Notes: generated from the sequence alone by a model not told the origin. A DNA stretch of 64,000 bases from Octopus bimaculoides (GCF_001194135.2 NC_068981.1:5459047-5523046); one strand, 5' to 3'. Counted from the first letter of the stretch, positions 1-14,332 are shown. A program made the numbers and translations.

Positions 1-1398
1 GTATGGTTTCCATGGCTGAATGTCCTCACTACCAACCACTGGCTGTGAAGCAGTGGGAGCAGAGGCTTTGTGCCAGGTGATGGGATAATGGTCTTGAAGG
101 ACACATAATGAAGGTTTGATTTCTCGTTTCATTAAATTGCCAGTCCTCCTCCTTTGTGGTGTTGTCAAGGTTTCCAGCCGGCAAGCAATTTAGTTCAGCT
201 GTGACTGATCCTAGGTCATGTGTTCACTTGAATCTTTGTAGTAAATAAATTTGGTACTGCACCATTTTACATTTTATTACCTCGGTTCTCACTTTGGTAG
301 CTACAGCAAAGTTCATCTGACCAGTGTTCTCTAAATACTGCTTTCATTTCTCACTGTCCAATGCTTTCCTGAGTGGCTTATCTCTGCTGTAGACTGCAAC
401 AGTATGAAAACCTGTTTGTGTGGTTAAGAAGTTTGCTTTCCAACTGCATGGTTCTGGGTTCAGTCCCACTGCATGATACTTTGGCCAAGTGTTTCCAAAT
501 ATAGCCCCAGGCTGATGAGAGCTTTGTGGGTGGACTTGGTTGATGGAAAGTGAGAGAAGCCTGTCATAAATATCCATATCGCATTGTCTTCACATCACAT
601 GATTGTTGTAAATTCCCATTACATTTCCAATATTCTGTGAAATATTACCTTATTTGGAAATCGGTGAGGGTTGGCAATAGAAAAGGTATTTGGTGATAGA
701 AAATCTGCCCTATCTGATGCGTGCTAAAGCTATGAGGATGTGTGCCTTTCTAAATGTCTACATTTGGCACTTTCACAGGGAAGCATTCAGCTAAAACCTC
801 TGCTTCTAATGATGAGTGCAGTCGAAAAAAACCATGACACTGAAATATAGGTGAGTTAGCAACAGGAAAGGCCTTCAGCTGCAATGCAGTGATAAATACT
901 TGGTAATCCAGTGATAAATACTGAATCCTTCATAACCATCCTGATAAAATATTCTTCAACTTGCAATTCATTCCCAGTATTCAAACATTAAGGATGTGGT
1001 CCTCTGAAAGGGCAGGTTTTTAATTGTAAAGACTGGATAGTTTTATTTTGTAGAATCAGTGTTACTGTTATTTTGAGCTCTTTATTAGCTAAAATGTTAA
1101 ACCCTTTAGCATTTAAACCAGCCGTATCCAACCCAAATACTTGACCCATGCAATGTTCAAACCAGCCAGATGTGGCCTATCACACCTTTCTTACAATGTC
1201 ATTCTAAAAATAACAATCCTATCAATGAAATTTCAAAACTGCAAAGATAATGCATGATTAATTCAAAAGGAGGTGAATAAAAGATGGTTACATTTGACAA
1301 GAATAGTCTGAATGCTTATGGCTTAATTAACTTGGAAAGCTTGGCACTGAGTTGGTTGCTATTTCCAACAGTTCTATACTCTTTATATCTTTCTATAG

Positions 1399-1464
1399 AT
1401 ATGTGCGTCTAACTTTGGTGAAATATGCACAGTTGTAGGAGGTGAAAGTACAGAGCAAAATTTG
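1399..1464 (+). CDS. PPP4R1: PPP4R1 coding exon (first in window), ICASNFGEICTVVGGESTEQNL
   Basis: ttctatag acceptor, GTAAGT donor at 1465, 66 nt phase 0/0; matches recalled vertebrate PPP4R1 VCAANFGDICSVVGQQATEEML. Confidence 0.93.
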
Positions 1465-3468
1465 GTAAGTAGACTTTTTCCTGTTTGCTGTAGAATTCTG
1501 TAATTTTTGTTAAAGTGCGTGTCAAGATGTCCTTGTAGCGTTTAAGACCAGACCCATTATTTTTTATAATTTCTCAAAAAGCTGCAGAGCTGTGGACATA
1601 ATGTTATTGATTGCATTAATTTTTTTTGTTTTTGTTCATTAAATTACGTTAGTAGGATATACTGGATGGTGCAAAAGTAGTTATGCAGTTATGAAAAAAG
1701 AACCTGTACGTTTTATCAAAATTAAGTTACAATAAAAGTTTTATTTTAAATGTAACGTGATTAACGACACTGAAAATATCAAATGAGGCTAATTTAATGT
1801 GCTGATAATTTTAATGAATTATTATAACCTTCCACCACCACCCCACCCCCTGTATACAAGTCCTGAAATTTGATGGGGTAGGGTTTAATCAGTTAGTGCC
1901 TCCAGCATTTCACTGGTACTATATTTTATCAACTGTGAAAAGATGGAAAGCAAAGTTGACCATAGCAGGTTTTGAATTGAAAGCATAACACAAACCAGAA
2001 CAAATATGGGAAATTTTCTGACTCTCAAAACATTTCTGCTATTCCTTATATAAATTAAAAACCAATTTAGGTGTTTTTTTTCTCCGGCCTGTGGTCAGGA
2101 GCTTGCCTCTCAACTGTGTTTCCAGGTTCAGTCCCTTTGCATGACCCCTTGGTCAAGTGTCTCCTATATCTTGGGGCTAACCAAAGCCTTGTGAATGGAT
2201 TTGGCCGACAGAAACTGAAGGAAGCCCCCTCCCCCCACTGGCTGACAACCAGTGGTGGGGTGTTTACATCCCTGAAATTTTGCAGTTGTGGCAAGAGAAA
2301 CCAACAATAAATACTAGGCTTCAGAGAAACAAAAGTCCCAGGGTTGATTTATCCAATTAGAATTTGTCAAGGTGTTGCTCCAGCATGGCTGCGGTGTCAT
2401 GACTGAGACAAGCAGAAGATAAATGATAAAATTTGCAAGTAGCGAACCTTCAGTTGGAAATCTAAAGTTGGAATTTATCCATAAATCATTAACTCATTTT
2501 GTTTGTAATTTCAACCTAGAATACACTTCTTTTTCTCTGTTTCATTGAATCTAAAGCAAACTCGTTTCCTAAAACTGTGGACCATTTTGTGACTGAGATG
2601 CTGCTTACAACCGAAGCTCTTGGATTAATGTTCCTTTCAAATTTTGACACAAGGCCAGCAATTGGGGGGGGGAGGTTAGGTGATTACACTGACCCCGGTG
2701 TTAAACTGGCGCTTTTTGACCTCGATAGGGTGGAGGGCAGCATTGAACCTGGTGGCATTGGAACTTGGAATTGAATGTTAATGGAAAGGTAGTGTGTAAA
2801 TTTTGATTTATATGCAGAGACAGGGTTAACATAAGTTAGCCTGGAGAGGGACAGTAAAATTGAAGAGCTGTTGTGGGCGGATTGCAAAGGTAAGTCTTGC
2901 AGTTGAACATTGAATGCATAAAAATAGATGCAATCTGCTGTTCATGATACTATAGTTTCTCACACATTTTAAGGAGGATAAATATGACAAACAGATAGTA
3001 GCAAGTGCAAAAAGTAATAGGTTTACATATATATCTTCTTTTATTGTCCGTTTTAAATGCTGGTTAGGCTTGGGTCCACAAGGTTCCGTAATCTGTTTTG
3101 ACACAGTTTCTCTTGTTCGATGCCCTTTGTAATGCCAAGCACTGTAGTGTGTACTGGGTGCTTTATGTGGCAGCATCACAGGTGATTTTTGCATTGCAGG
3201 GCATAGCCTAATGATCAAAGGTGTGGTTCTCAGGATCACAGGTTCAATTCCCAGAACGGCTGCATATTGTGTCCTGGAGCAATGCACTTTATTTCAGTGC
3301 TGCTGTCCACTGAGCTGTAAAGGATTCACCCTGCAATGCATTTCCCCTTCTGATCAGGGGAAATGCTGACCTGCACGGCTAGCCAGTGGGGTCGTATCCT
3401 TCAAAAGCAATGCAAAGCGCATTGTGAACAGCAATCTATAGCATCTGGTAGCCTGTTCAGTACCATGG

Positions 3469-3470
<2 letters not shown>

Positions 3471-3544
<74 letters not shown>
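3471..3544. repeat. (AC)n microsatellite
   Basis: direct reading. Confidence 0.98.
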
Positions 3545-3546
<2 letters not shown>

Positions 3547-4678
3547 CCATACATTGCCATTTGTTCTATAGCTTTGAACTTGACCAAACTAAAATTCTGG
3601 TTAAAAAATATGATCTACAGCTGTAATGGTAGCATACGGATGGCTTTCAAATGATGTATTCTACCTTATTCGTTTTTAACTTGCCTCACTTCCTCCTCTG
3701 TGTACAATGAACACAAAGCTTTTGCATTCCTTTTCATGGGTTTGCCTCTCCTATGTTACTGCAAACACACTGGACATTAAAAATCTCACCGTCCATTTAT
3801 AAATGGATGGTTGGTAATGGGACTTAATATGTAATTTATATTAAGCCCAGGAAGTGGGGATTGGTATTAATCCTTTCTTACCTTTTACACCGGTGCCTGT
3901 CTCTTTATTTATACTATTACTTTTCAACACCTGGCAAAAAGCCACCACTACCCAAACTCAATTGAGGGAGCTTTTCCTTTTTGCCTTTGTCCAGACACAA
4001 TCTCTTTTCCTTTATGTCAAGTTATCATCATCTGGAATGTTTTTAGTAAGGCATGCAAAAAAAGAAGAAAGATGCATCAGTTTTAAGTCTTTTAAAGAAA
4101 ATCTCTGGTTGGATCTGGTTTCTTATGAAAGATGTTGAAGACCTTTTCAGTTTCCTTTTGTGTTACTAAAATAAAATAGTTTTTGTTTTTAATTTGTTAG
4201 GTTTATTGAAAATAGAAATGTCTGATTTGCCTCTGGCATCTGTTGTTACCATTTCGTTGTATTTTTTAAATCTTTCATATTTAGTCACCACTTTTGAATA
4301 TGACTGATATATTTATCTCTTTTCTTATATTCTGTTGAAATGGTGTTTCAATTTGAATGTAAAATAAATTAGTAAGTTAACTTTGCTGCTATTAAGCTGG
4401 TGTGTGGATTATAAAACAGCCTGAGATTTTCAGGGAAAAACTTTATGAAGTTAAAACAGTTTCTTTTGAGAACCAAGTATGGTCTCACGCGAGTTAATAT
4501 GAAGAAATTAACTTTTTAGCATTTAGACTGGCCATATCCAGCCCAAATATTCAGTTTTATGTTCAAAGTAGCTATATCTGGCCTCTTGCACCATTGAACA
4601 ATGTCATTGTAAATATAAGCAATCACATCATCAAAATTGCAAAGCTATGCGACAATGCATGATTCAAAGCAATGTGAA

Positions 4679-4846
4679 TCATCATCATCATCATCATCGT
4701 TTAACGTCCGCTTTCCATGCTAGCATGGGTTGGACGATTTGACTGAGGACTGGTGAAACCGGATGGCAACACCAGGCTCCAGTCTGATTTGGCAGAGTTT
4801 CTACAGCTGGATGCCCTTCCTAACGCCAACCACTCAGAGAGTGTAG
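4679..4846 (-). mobile_element. very abundant (GAT)n-tailed retroposon (RTE-like tail), representative minus copy
   Basis: CATCATCGTTTAACGTCCGCTTTCCATGCTAGCATGGG...GGATGCCCTTCCTAACGCCAACC; other minus copies near 12595, 13905, 16670, 23265, 28315, 29888, 34855, 36770, 46675, 51515, 56229, 60520, 62543. Confidence 0.85.
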
Positions 4847-7800
4847 AATGAACATTATATTTGACAAGGAAGTGCTCTGAATGGTTAATGTGGCTGTTTT
4901 TAGCTGTTTAGATGAGTTTCCTTTGAGGAGTTTTGTCTCAAAAGAAACCTTTTAATTACAGGTAAGTACAGGTGAAAATCACTGCACTGCAAAATTGTTT
5001 TAACCATCACCATATTAGTTTAACTGTGATGAGTGATTCTAGCAAAAGACTTCAGGAGTTGGACATATTGGATAGCCATGACAGATACATACACATGGAT
5101 TGCATAGAAAAGTTTGTAAAAATAAAATGGAATTCAGAGCCAATGTTTAAGATATTTGCATATGGATTTAACCATATATGCACTGTTTTTCTTCCATCTT
5201 TCCATCTGACAAACAGGTTTATGTAGTTTAATAGTTTTCCAGATCCAAATTTTGGCTTAGGAACCTAGCAAACCACTTATAAACTCTCCTCCCAGATGTG
5301 GCACCATCTCCATAAACATGTTTTTTGCTCTTTGTACAGCATTCTGTCCTTTCTGAAAATAAAGAGTATCAAATGACGAAAATGTTTGTCATTTTCCTCC
5401 ATTTCCTTTTTCTTCTTTTTTTTTTTTTTTTTTTCTTTTTTTTTTTTTGGAACATTCAAAACACATCTCTTAATGTATCCTACAGATCAGTTATTCTCGA
5501 CCATTTTAATAATATCCAAGTCGGATCCAAAACCTTTTTTTTTTTTAAATTTTAAAGAGGGTCACCAGAATGAATCATGATTCAATTAAAGAAATAGTTT
5601 TATTTATAGAGGGAAGATTGTTGAGGGCAGCCAGCACGATGTTTGAGAACCACTGGTGTAGATACACTTTGAAATGTTATCTTTCAGAATCTGTATATAT
5701 GCTAAAAGTCAACTGTGAAACAAAGTCACTTGTTCAAATACCCCCATTTAAAAGAAAAAAAAAGTCACAAGCTTTTGTTCTAACTCCGTAATTTTTTTAC
5801 AATAACAAGGTTTTTTTTTAAACATAACATCCTCTGTTGGAAAAATCCCAAATGTAATTAACATAAACCAATTGTGATGCACTAATCATTAAAGAATTTC
5901 TCGATCATCTATTTGTTAATTTAAATTTGAAAATGGTTTATAAAATCAGTTATGGTATATATCTTTGGATAGGTGTGGCCGTTTGGTAAGAAGTTTATTT
6001 CTAAACCACATGGTTCTGGGTTGTCCCAATGTACGAAACCTTGGGCAGGTGTCTTCTACAGTTTGGGCCAACCAGAACCTTCAGTGGATTTGATAGACAA
6101 AAATTGAAAGCTGTGTGTGTGTACATAGACACAGAGCAGACTTCTTTCACACACACACAGAATATCAGTGTTTATCCCCTGCCTCACGTAAAGACCAGTG
6201 TTTGGGAGAGGATACTAATGCAGTAAATACAGTGATACCTTACAGTATGAGTTTAATTCATTCCACAATCAAGCTCTTCTTAAAATTTACTCGTTTTACA
6301 AATCAATTTTCCCCCATTTCAATTAACTAAAATATAATTCGTTCCAGCCCCCCAAAAAACCACTCAATTTTTAAATTTTTATGGGTTTTAAAACAGAATA
6401 GGTGTGCTTACAAGTAAAATGACAATTGTGAAAAAGAGTATGCGAAAGAAATATGTAAGCTGGTTTATTTAACTGAATTACCTTAAAGATGTGACGTGTG
6501 CTCGTATTGTGGATTTCTGCTTGTACTTCAACATAATTTCACATGAGTCTCTGCTTGTACAGCAAATTACTCATACAATGGTGTGCTCGTACTGCAAGGT
6601 TCTACTCTGCCAGGTTTTAGAAGGAAGGAAAAACGCTAGTTGATTCCTTCAATTAACAATTCTTAAGGGCTGTGCTTCAGTCTAACAACTTAAATAAGTA
6701 AAGCATGTTTTGTGATGTAGTCTTGGATCCTTGATGCAAACACTTGTGCCCTAAAGGAAACTCTGGGCTGGCCTGGTTTTTTAAATTGGCTAACGTTGTT
6801 GGAAGTGGATGAGTTGTCATCTAAAAAAGAGCATTTTGCTGGGGGGGGGGGTCTTTCAACAAATTCCATTTGATATGTTACAAGTGTGGGAGAATTGATT
6901 TTAAAAATGATAAAGTACTCAGATGCGGTCTTGGGTGGGTTAATATAAAAAAGGGGCTTACCTTTTAAATAGTAAAAGGTGTACTTTGAAATAATTTCTA
7001 GATGAGTTAATCTATAATGCCACGTGTTCTTTTTTTTTTTGTATGACAAATACAATACACTTAGTTTTAGAGATGGTTGAGTGAGGGGACACCCCTATGT
7101 CTCTTTCTGTAATTTGCAATTCTTTTAGAAAGATGGTATTCACAGCAATTAAGACCAAAAAAACTAGCATTTTGTTGGTTACAATGATGAGTGTTCCAGT
7201 TGATCTTACTGGCTGTAATTAATGGGCAAATGGCTGAGCACTCTGGACACATTTGACCACAACCTAGTTCTTAAGGAGATTCAGTGTGACATGTCAGACC
7301 ATTTGAAATAAAGGTACTGTCCCATTTTGCCAGGATAGGGTCTTGCTCAATGACGATGCATTGCCAGGTATTAAACCCCTGACCCCACAATCCATGTGCC
7401 GAATGCCTTAACCACTGAGCTGCATTCGTTAACCTATTAGAGGAATTATTTTGAAAGTGGTGTCAGTCCTCTAAGATCAATTTCATCAGTTAATGCTCAG
7501 TTTTCCATACTTGCATGGGTGGGATTGAGTTTCTTGAGCATATCGGAGACCCTTGCTGTTGCCAACCTTCACCTGTCTTTCGACACAGGATAATATTCTC
7601 CCATTGCCAGATGTGTTTTTCATGGAAGACTGGAAACCTCCCTCCCTAATATGATAGTGATGCTCATTTACCATCAGTTGATGTATAGACATGGGTACAC
7701 AATTAGCATGATTCAGTTTCCATTACTGAGTCCACTTGGAAGGCTTTGGTTAACCTGAGACGCTTCCAGAATGTATTGCACATTGGGACTGAACCCCAAA

Positions 7801-8451
7801 CCAAGCTTCTCAACCACACAGCCATTCTTGCACCTTTCACTAATACAGAATAAAGTACTTAAAATCCTCTGGAGTATTTCTTTGATCCTTTTGGCATTTA
7901 AACGAGCTGGATTGACTGTTATCCTAAAAACAAACTCATGTCATTGAAACCAGAAAGCTATGAGATGGTGCATGATTAATACAAGGCAATGTGAATAAAT
8001 AAGCGTTAGCATTTGGCAAGAGTCTAATGCTTTAAGAAATTTTTAGAACCTGTATGACCAATGTCCTGCTGGCTAACCATGAGCAAATCCTTGTTACTGG
8101 TTTTAATAGATGGACACTGAAAGAAACTTGTTTGTGTGTGTGAGTGTTTTGTTTCTTTATCTTGAGATAATGAGATTGTTGTAAGTGACTGCAGTTGGTT
8201 TATAATATCCTCCAAAAATAGGTCTGGCCACGAGGAAGTATAACCTTGCTTGGAAACTGGTTGCAGGAAGAGTACCTGCCTCAATTCCTATTTGACCAAT
8301 ATAAGCTTGGAAAAGACATTGAAATGTTGTTGAGGGGAACTTTGAAATCAGTGTTTGATGGGTGTGTTGTGGGCTGTAAGTTCAATCCTGCTGCACAGCA
8401 CTGTCTTCTGCTATTGATAGAATCTGAATGGTTGTGTGAATCTAAGTTTAT

Positions 8452-8635
8452 TTAAACCCCTTTGATACCAAACTGCTTGAAAATGCCTCTGCTTATATGA
8501 AAGCAGCTTCCTGTTTTAAAATGGATTTAAATTAAATTTCCAAAGACTATGTTGTTAATGAGTTATTTGCTAAATGCTTATCAAAATTAATTGAATCAGA
8601 GGCAGTTTCAAGAAAAACGGTAACAAAAGGGTTAA
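8452..8635. mobile_element. TTAA-flanked MITE related to the 48333 family
   Basis: CCCTTTGATACCAA...GGTAACAAAAGGGTTAA; related longer copy at 11100-11664. Confidence 0.7.
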
Positions 8636-8710
8636 ACTGAAGAAGAAAAAAAAAAAAAAATCGAACAGATTCCAATTAACCATGGAAATATTTTTGCTTT
8701 ACTTTTGCAG

Positions 8711-8869
8711 CTAGAAAAGTTTGGTTCACTGTGTGAAGACAGTGTTTGGGGTGTAAGAAAAGGCTGTGCCGAGTCTTTTATGCCATTGGCATCCATATGT
8801 TCAGTAGACGTACGAAGAAATGTCCTTACCTCGTTATTTGTCAGCTTACTCTGTGATCAATCTCGCTGG
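8711..8869 (+). CDS. PPP4R1: PPP4R1 exon LEKFGSLCEDSVWGVRKGCAESF...LLCDQSRW
   Basis: ttttgcag/GTAAGA, 159 nt phase 0/0; HEAT repeat matching DNVWGVRKACAECF...DPSRW. Confidence 0.97.
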
Positions 8870-9794
8870 GTAAGAAAGTCTTCTTAATACCTTTTTTTAA
8901 TCATTTCGGCTTCAATTTCCATTTGTAAAGTGTTTGGCTTAAGACAAAGCATTGCTGTAGCGAGATTATATTTGTCTAAATGTTAGAGCTAGCACCGTGT
9001 GATAATGAGCCTTTTGTATATAGTGCCTGAATGCGAAACTTACTGGAAAAGGTTAAAAGAGGGACTGTGGAGGCAAACGCGAAAGTAATGATAGAGAATA
9101 GAATGGAAAAAGAGACAACTGAGTATCTAAAGTGTGGATAGACAAGTCAGTAGTAATGTTGATGAATTTTGGGAGACCTGGAACTTTTAAGGAAGCAGTG
9201 TCTTGACAGATTAAAAGCTGAAATGGATAATTTATTCTATGACTTGGCAATTCTAAATGAGAAAAAGCAGTTCTGAAAGTCATGGATGCACTTTGTTTTT
9301 CCATGTCCGCTAATGATAGGTATTAAAATAAAAAAAGAAAGTTGTTTGGAAGATGCTGGATATCCAAAATTTAGTTTGTCAGTACCCAAGAAACAATACA
9401 TTCAAGACATAAAGACTGACAAAATTGCATTTGTCTGATTGCACCTCTGTAGACAGTTTCCAGAAGAGCATCGATCTTGTAGACATGATGCGTGCATCCA
9501 GATTGGTGATGCAAACCCTAAAGCACAGGCATATCATTGCTATGCATGGCCAGCAATTGGGTGACAAAGTTCTTGCTGAATGATGCTAAGACACCTTTAG
9601 CCTGTTCAATGATTGTAGAGATGTGCCTCGTCCACAGATTATTGTAAATAGTTATGCCTAGGTTACAGTCACCAGCAGACGTATTAAAGTTGGTGTTTTG
9701 GGCTGTTTTCTGAAAATACGTTGTGGTGCACTTGGTTCACAACCAGCTTAGGTTGCCAGTCAACAAGTCAGATTGTGGAAAACCACAGTCTATA

Positions 9795-10624
9795 TACAAG
9801 GTACAGTAAATAAACTGTTCTGCTAAAATGAAAATAAGACTGACATCTCATTTTAACAGAATATTTACCAAAATTACGTAAGAATTATCTTAAAATACTA
9901 AAGAGTAAATTTATTCAATAGAATCGCTATTGGCTTCAACCACAGACCCCAAATGGCTTTGGAATCTCCTGCAACTCTTCTGGACAATCTCCTTGTTTAA
10001 GTTGCTGAAAGCTGCCATAATCCTTGCTTTCAGTTCATCTTTGGTGTTACAAGGTGTTTTGATGGTCTTTCGCTCAACTGCACCCCACACATGATAATCA
10101 AGGGGGTTGGCATCTGGGGAGTTAGGTGGCCAGATGTTAGGGGTGATGTGGTTGCAGAAATTGTTAGACAACCATGGCTGGTTTCTCCTGCTTGTGTGGC
10201 ATGGTGTTGCCAGACATAGTCTTCCAGTAGCTACCCTCTTGACCCAGAGGAGCGATATCTCCTCAAGGCCTCCTTGTTGAGTCTGAAGCCATGTGGGAAG
10301 ATAAATGGGGGTATAACGTCACCATCACTAGTGATCATTCCAAACACCATGATGTTGACTGGATGTTTGATTTTTATCACTGTCCTCAGATTAACACCCA
10401 AGCAGTCTGAAATATTCATGCTGAAGCTTCCACTGCGAATGCCAAGCAGTACAGCATGTCGTTCCCAAATTTCAGGCAGAGTGAATTGTGTCATGGTGCT
10501 GCTTCTCTCACAGTGTCCAACTGACCCTACTATACTGTGTAGTCAACAAAATCAAAAGCAAACAGTACGCATGCGTGAGATTGAAAATATAAAATGGCGG
10601 TAATTCAGCCATCATACCTTGTGT
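9795..10624 (-). mobile_element. decayed Tc1/mariner-superfamily transposon, internally deleted
   Basis: fragments WPPNSPDANPLDYHVWG...KARI (9911-10171) and N-terminal HTH-like region fused to KHPVNIMVFG...PPFIF (10231-10494); ends resemble TACAAGGTA/TACCTTGT. Confidence 0.85.
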
Positions 10625-10757
10625 GTGTGAGAGCATGTTAAATGTTGGCCAAAATATATACGTTCAGGTTAGGGCTAAGTATTTGCTGTTTTGTTGAGCA
10701 CTTATAATTATATAAGTGAGCAGATGTATAAATTCTGGGACCAACTTTTTGTTTTAG

Positions 10758-10882
10758 GTTCGGATGTCAGCTTTTCAAGAATTGGGTCCATTTATATATA
10801 CATTTTCCTCTCCCAATAATGACTCTGGTGTGTATATTAGTGAAGATGGTATGTTACATGTGTCTGAAGATGTTGCTGAGAG
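10758..10882 (+). CDS. PPP4R1: PPP4R1 exon VRMSAFQELGPFIYTFSSP...DVAE(R)
   Basis: gttttag/GTGAGC, 125 nt phase 0/2; matches VRQAAFQSLGPFISTFA; too short for the ORF track. Confidence 0.95.
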
Positions 10883-11894
10883 GTGAGCACATTTTCACTT
10901 TATCCTCTTTTTCTCTATGGTATTGTTGTTGTTGTTATACTCAAGTATTTTACATGACACAAAATGCTTAAAGCTTATTGTTACCATATTTCTGTTGTGA
11001 TACAGTTTTCTTTGAATTAATTTCAAATACTCTGCTACCTCTTCTGAGGTTTGGAATATAAATTAACATGAAAGTTCAACAAGAAGTTTTTAGATCACTT
11101 TAACCCTTTTGTTACTATATTTCTAAGTAAAACACGTCCCTTATGAGTTTTAATTAAATTCTAAAAGAATGACAAATTTAGACAGGTTTCATTAAATAAG
11201 TAACTTTTGTATCGATATAATTTTTGGAACACAATTGAAGAAAAGGTTCTTAATCAATTCTGTTGCATAACTTTTGTCTCAAAGTGACTCTAATTACAGG
11301 TAAATATACGTAAACAAGCCATCGTTTTTCTCGGTTTGTTTCCGCAGTGATCACTTCAAACAAGCTTATATTTGCCTGATTTCTCTATCTCTTTCATTGA
11401 AAAGCTCTCAAATTCAGAATCACTGCTTGATAGCATGATACTTATCAATTTTAAAAGTTGAAAAAAAATCACAAAAGAAAAAATGTGGAAAAAAATCTCT
11501 CCAAATTCACAGAGCTGAGATATCATGTCAGTTAGATACTGTAACTTGACTATTTGCAAAAGTGAAATCCTGTGTTTTCATGAAAGTACTAATGAGATTT
11601 GTTCTGAAATTCACATTTAAAAATCAATGGCTTCACTCAACCAGGTTAGTAACAAATGGGTTAAACCAAACAGCCTATATCATAAAACCCATGTGATCTT
11701 GGGTATTGATATCCAGCGTTAATTGTTTTAAATGTTCTTGCATTGAAATCACTCCATCGTTTGTCCAATTAACTCAAGATGAGGAAATTAGTTGACCAAC
11801 ATTTACATCAGTTGTTGTTAATTAGGAGATGACTTAGCAACATCTTGGCTGATGTCGACGTTGCCTTTTATCCTTTCGGGGTTGATAAGTACCA

Positions 11895-12160
11895 CAGTTC
11901 TGTGAGGAATTATTTACATTCGACAGATATTTGTCCTCAGGTGTAGTGGTTAAGAGCGTGGGCTACTAACCCCAAGATTCCGAGTTCGATTCCAGGCAGT
12001 GACCTGAATAATGATCTCGAAAAATACCTTAGGAATGAGAACCCAGGATCGAAATTTCCCCAATACACCTGAAGAAGGCTGGAGGGTATATCAGCCGAAA
12101 CGTGTTAACAACAAACAAGATGACAAATATCCATCAAACGTAAATAATGTTAAATACCAG
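11895..12160 (+). mobile_element. same family, plus-strand copy with truncated inverted tail fragment at 11895-11939
   Basis: head GTAGTGGTTAAGAGCG...GAGTTCGATTCC, tail CCTGAAGAAGGCTGGAGGGTATATCAGCCGAAACG; upstream TATTTACATTCGACAGATATTTGTCCTCA is the reverse complement of the tail end. Confidence 0.82.
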
Positions 12161-14332
12161 TTATATACTGGTGGCAATGTCACCATCTCTCCCCACCCTC
12201 TCCCAAAACTTCGGGCCTTGTGCCTTTAGTAGAAAGGATTATGTAGCAAGTGAAAAGTTATTTGATGGAATTCATATTTTCTGATTCCGAGACATTTCTT
12301 CTGTGTCTCAGTTCTTTGATTGAACTGAACTGCATAATTGAAAAATGCAATAAAGGAATCAGATTTTCCAATGTTGACGGGAAAACTTCCTAAATCAACT
12401 TATTTATTAGACATGTTTTGATGTGTTAATGATTCTGTGGTAAATTTGAAAATGTCTATCTTTATAAAATTAGGTCAGCCAACTGTGTGGCACCTTGGGT
12501 GAATGCCTTCTATTATAGCCCCAGGCTAATGGAAGTGTTGTGAGTGGTTTTGGTTGAGAGAAACTGAATGAAGCCCATCGCGTGTGTATGTGTGTCATCG
12601 TCATTTAACACTTGTTTTCCATGCCGACATGGGTTGAACTCTTTGGCAAGTTGGAGAGCTGCACCAGGCTCCAATTGTCTGTTTTGGTGGGGTTCTTACA
12701 ACTGGATGCCCTTCTTAATGCCAACCACTTTACAGTGTACTCAGTGCTTTTTATATGGCACCAGTGCTTCTTCATGTGGCACCAGCATGGGCTCATGGCT
12801 TCTGGTAGCAATTATAAAATGTGGGAAACCAGTGAATGTAAGAAATAATTGTAGCAACTGCTACCGACCAATTGAGAATTTTTGCAGTCAGTGCTAATCT
12901 TGATGCATTCATCTTGCCATTGTTGGTGCTCATTTTGTAATGTGTGTGTGTGTATTCCTGTTTCAATAGTCTCAAGAATTTCTCATCAGGACTTAACTAA
13001 TTTAATTTTCTCTTAGTATACTTCATCAAGTGTGGTAACAGTCTCATGAAGAATTTAGTAAAATATCTTTGTTGGGATTAAACCGTTTCTTTTGTATGCA
13101 AGCTGAAATTTAGCCCTATGACAACAGGTTTTTTTTTATCAGGCAACCAGGTTGCACTGACGGTGATCATCTCGGCCAAGATCAGCAATTAGTGCACAAC
13201 AACGGTTTGGTGCATATTTACATCAACCGCTTAAATGCATCCACTGTTTATTTAAGTAAACTGTCATCACTGAGAGGACTGTAAATTCCATGAAGGACCA
13301 GAAGAATTTGCTAGGAAGTCATAATGGAAATTGTGGTGCATCCACCAAAACTGCTGCTTTTATACTATTATGGTGATGAAGTCTTGAACTGAGTTGGAAA
13401 TAATTACATGAAGAATCTAACAAAACCTTGGTGGCCTCTATTATCGATTCTGTGAGTGATAGTGGGTATTTATATCAATGGGTACAAAACTGCAGCAGAT
13501 AGGGCCGTGTATATTCAAATCATCTGATTCAAAGCGAGTATACAGTGCTTGTAAATTTACATCAACCAATGTTATGGGGTGAATGGAAGATTTTTAATTG
13601 CGATCATTGAAACTCTTTAGCGTTCAGATTAATATAAAGCTTATTTAATCATTGTTTTCAATTAGTTATGCTTTGTGTTGTAGCTTTGAGATTTTAATAA
13701 TGCATTTGTTCAGTATTAGAATGACATTGTAGGGTAGGTGTGAGAGGTTGGATCTGGCTTGTTTGAACCTAAAACAAGTAAAATACTCGGCTGGTTTAAA
13801 TGCCAAAGGGTGAATTCAGGTAGTTTATCTCCCAGAACTGGCGCTAGTCTTGGGCAGGCTTCTATCAAGGCTGCCAACTGCAGTGTTATTCTCATTATTG
13901 TTATCATTTAATGTCTACTTTCCATGTTGGCATGGGTGGATCGGTTTGACAGTAGCTGGCCGGGCAGAAGCCTGCACCAGACATCTAACTGTTTTGGTAG
14001 GATTTTCACAGCTGAATGCCCTTCCAAACACTAACCACTCAGCAGAGTGGACTCAGTGCTTTTTATGTGGCACAAGCACAGGTGAGGTCAGTTTTGGCAA
14101 GGTTTTTACAGCTGGATGCCCTTCCAAACATCAACCACTTTACAGTGTGGACTGAGTGCTTTTTTTAAGTGGCTCCTGCCCTGACCTTGCAAGACAAAAA
14201 CATCTTTTGAGAAGGGAGGGGGCATTGGAAGAGGTGATCTTGTGTCAAAATGAACTTTCATCAGAATGTTGTGCTACAATATTATTAAGCATTTGTTTTT
14301 AGAGCTTTAATTTGACTAAATATTTGTTTCAG

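Noticed and set aside
8246-8455. Protein-like ORF MLGNWLQEEYLPQFLF...
   Set aside because: Begins in a repeat motif, lacks fitting splice sites, and is not needed: exons 1399-1464 and 8711-8869 join in phase with no gap versus PPP4R1
11941-12005. tRNA gene call for the SINE heads
   Set aside because: No complete acceptor stem/cloverleaf, and always fused to repeat tails; these are SINE heads
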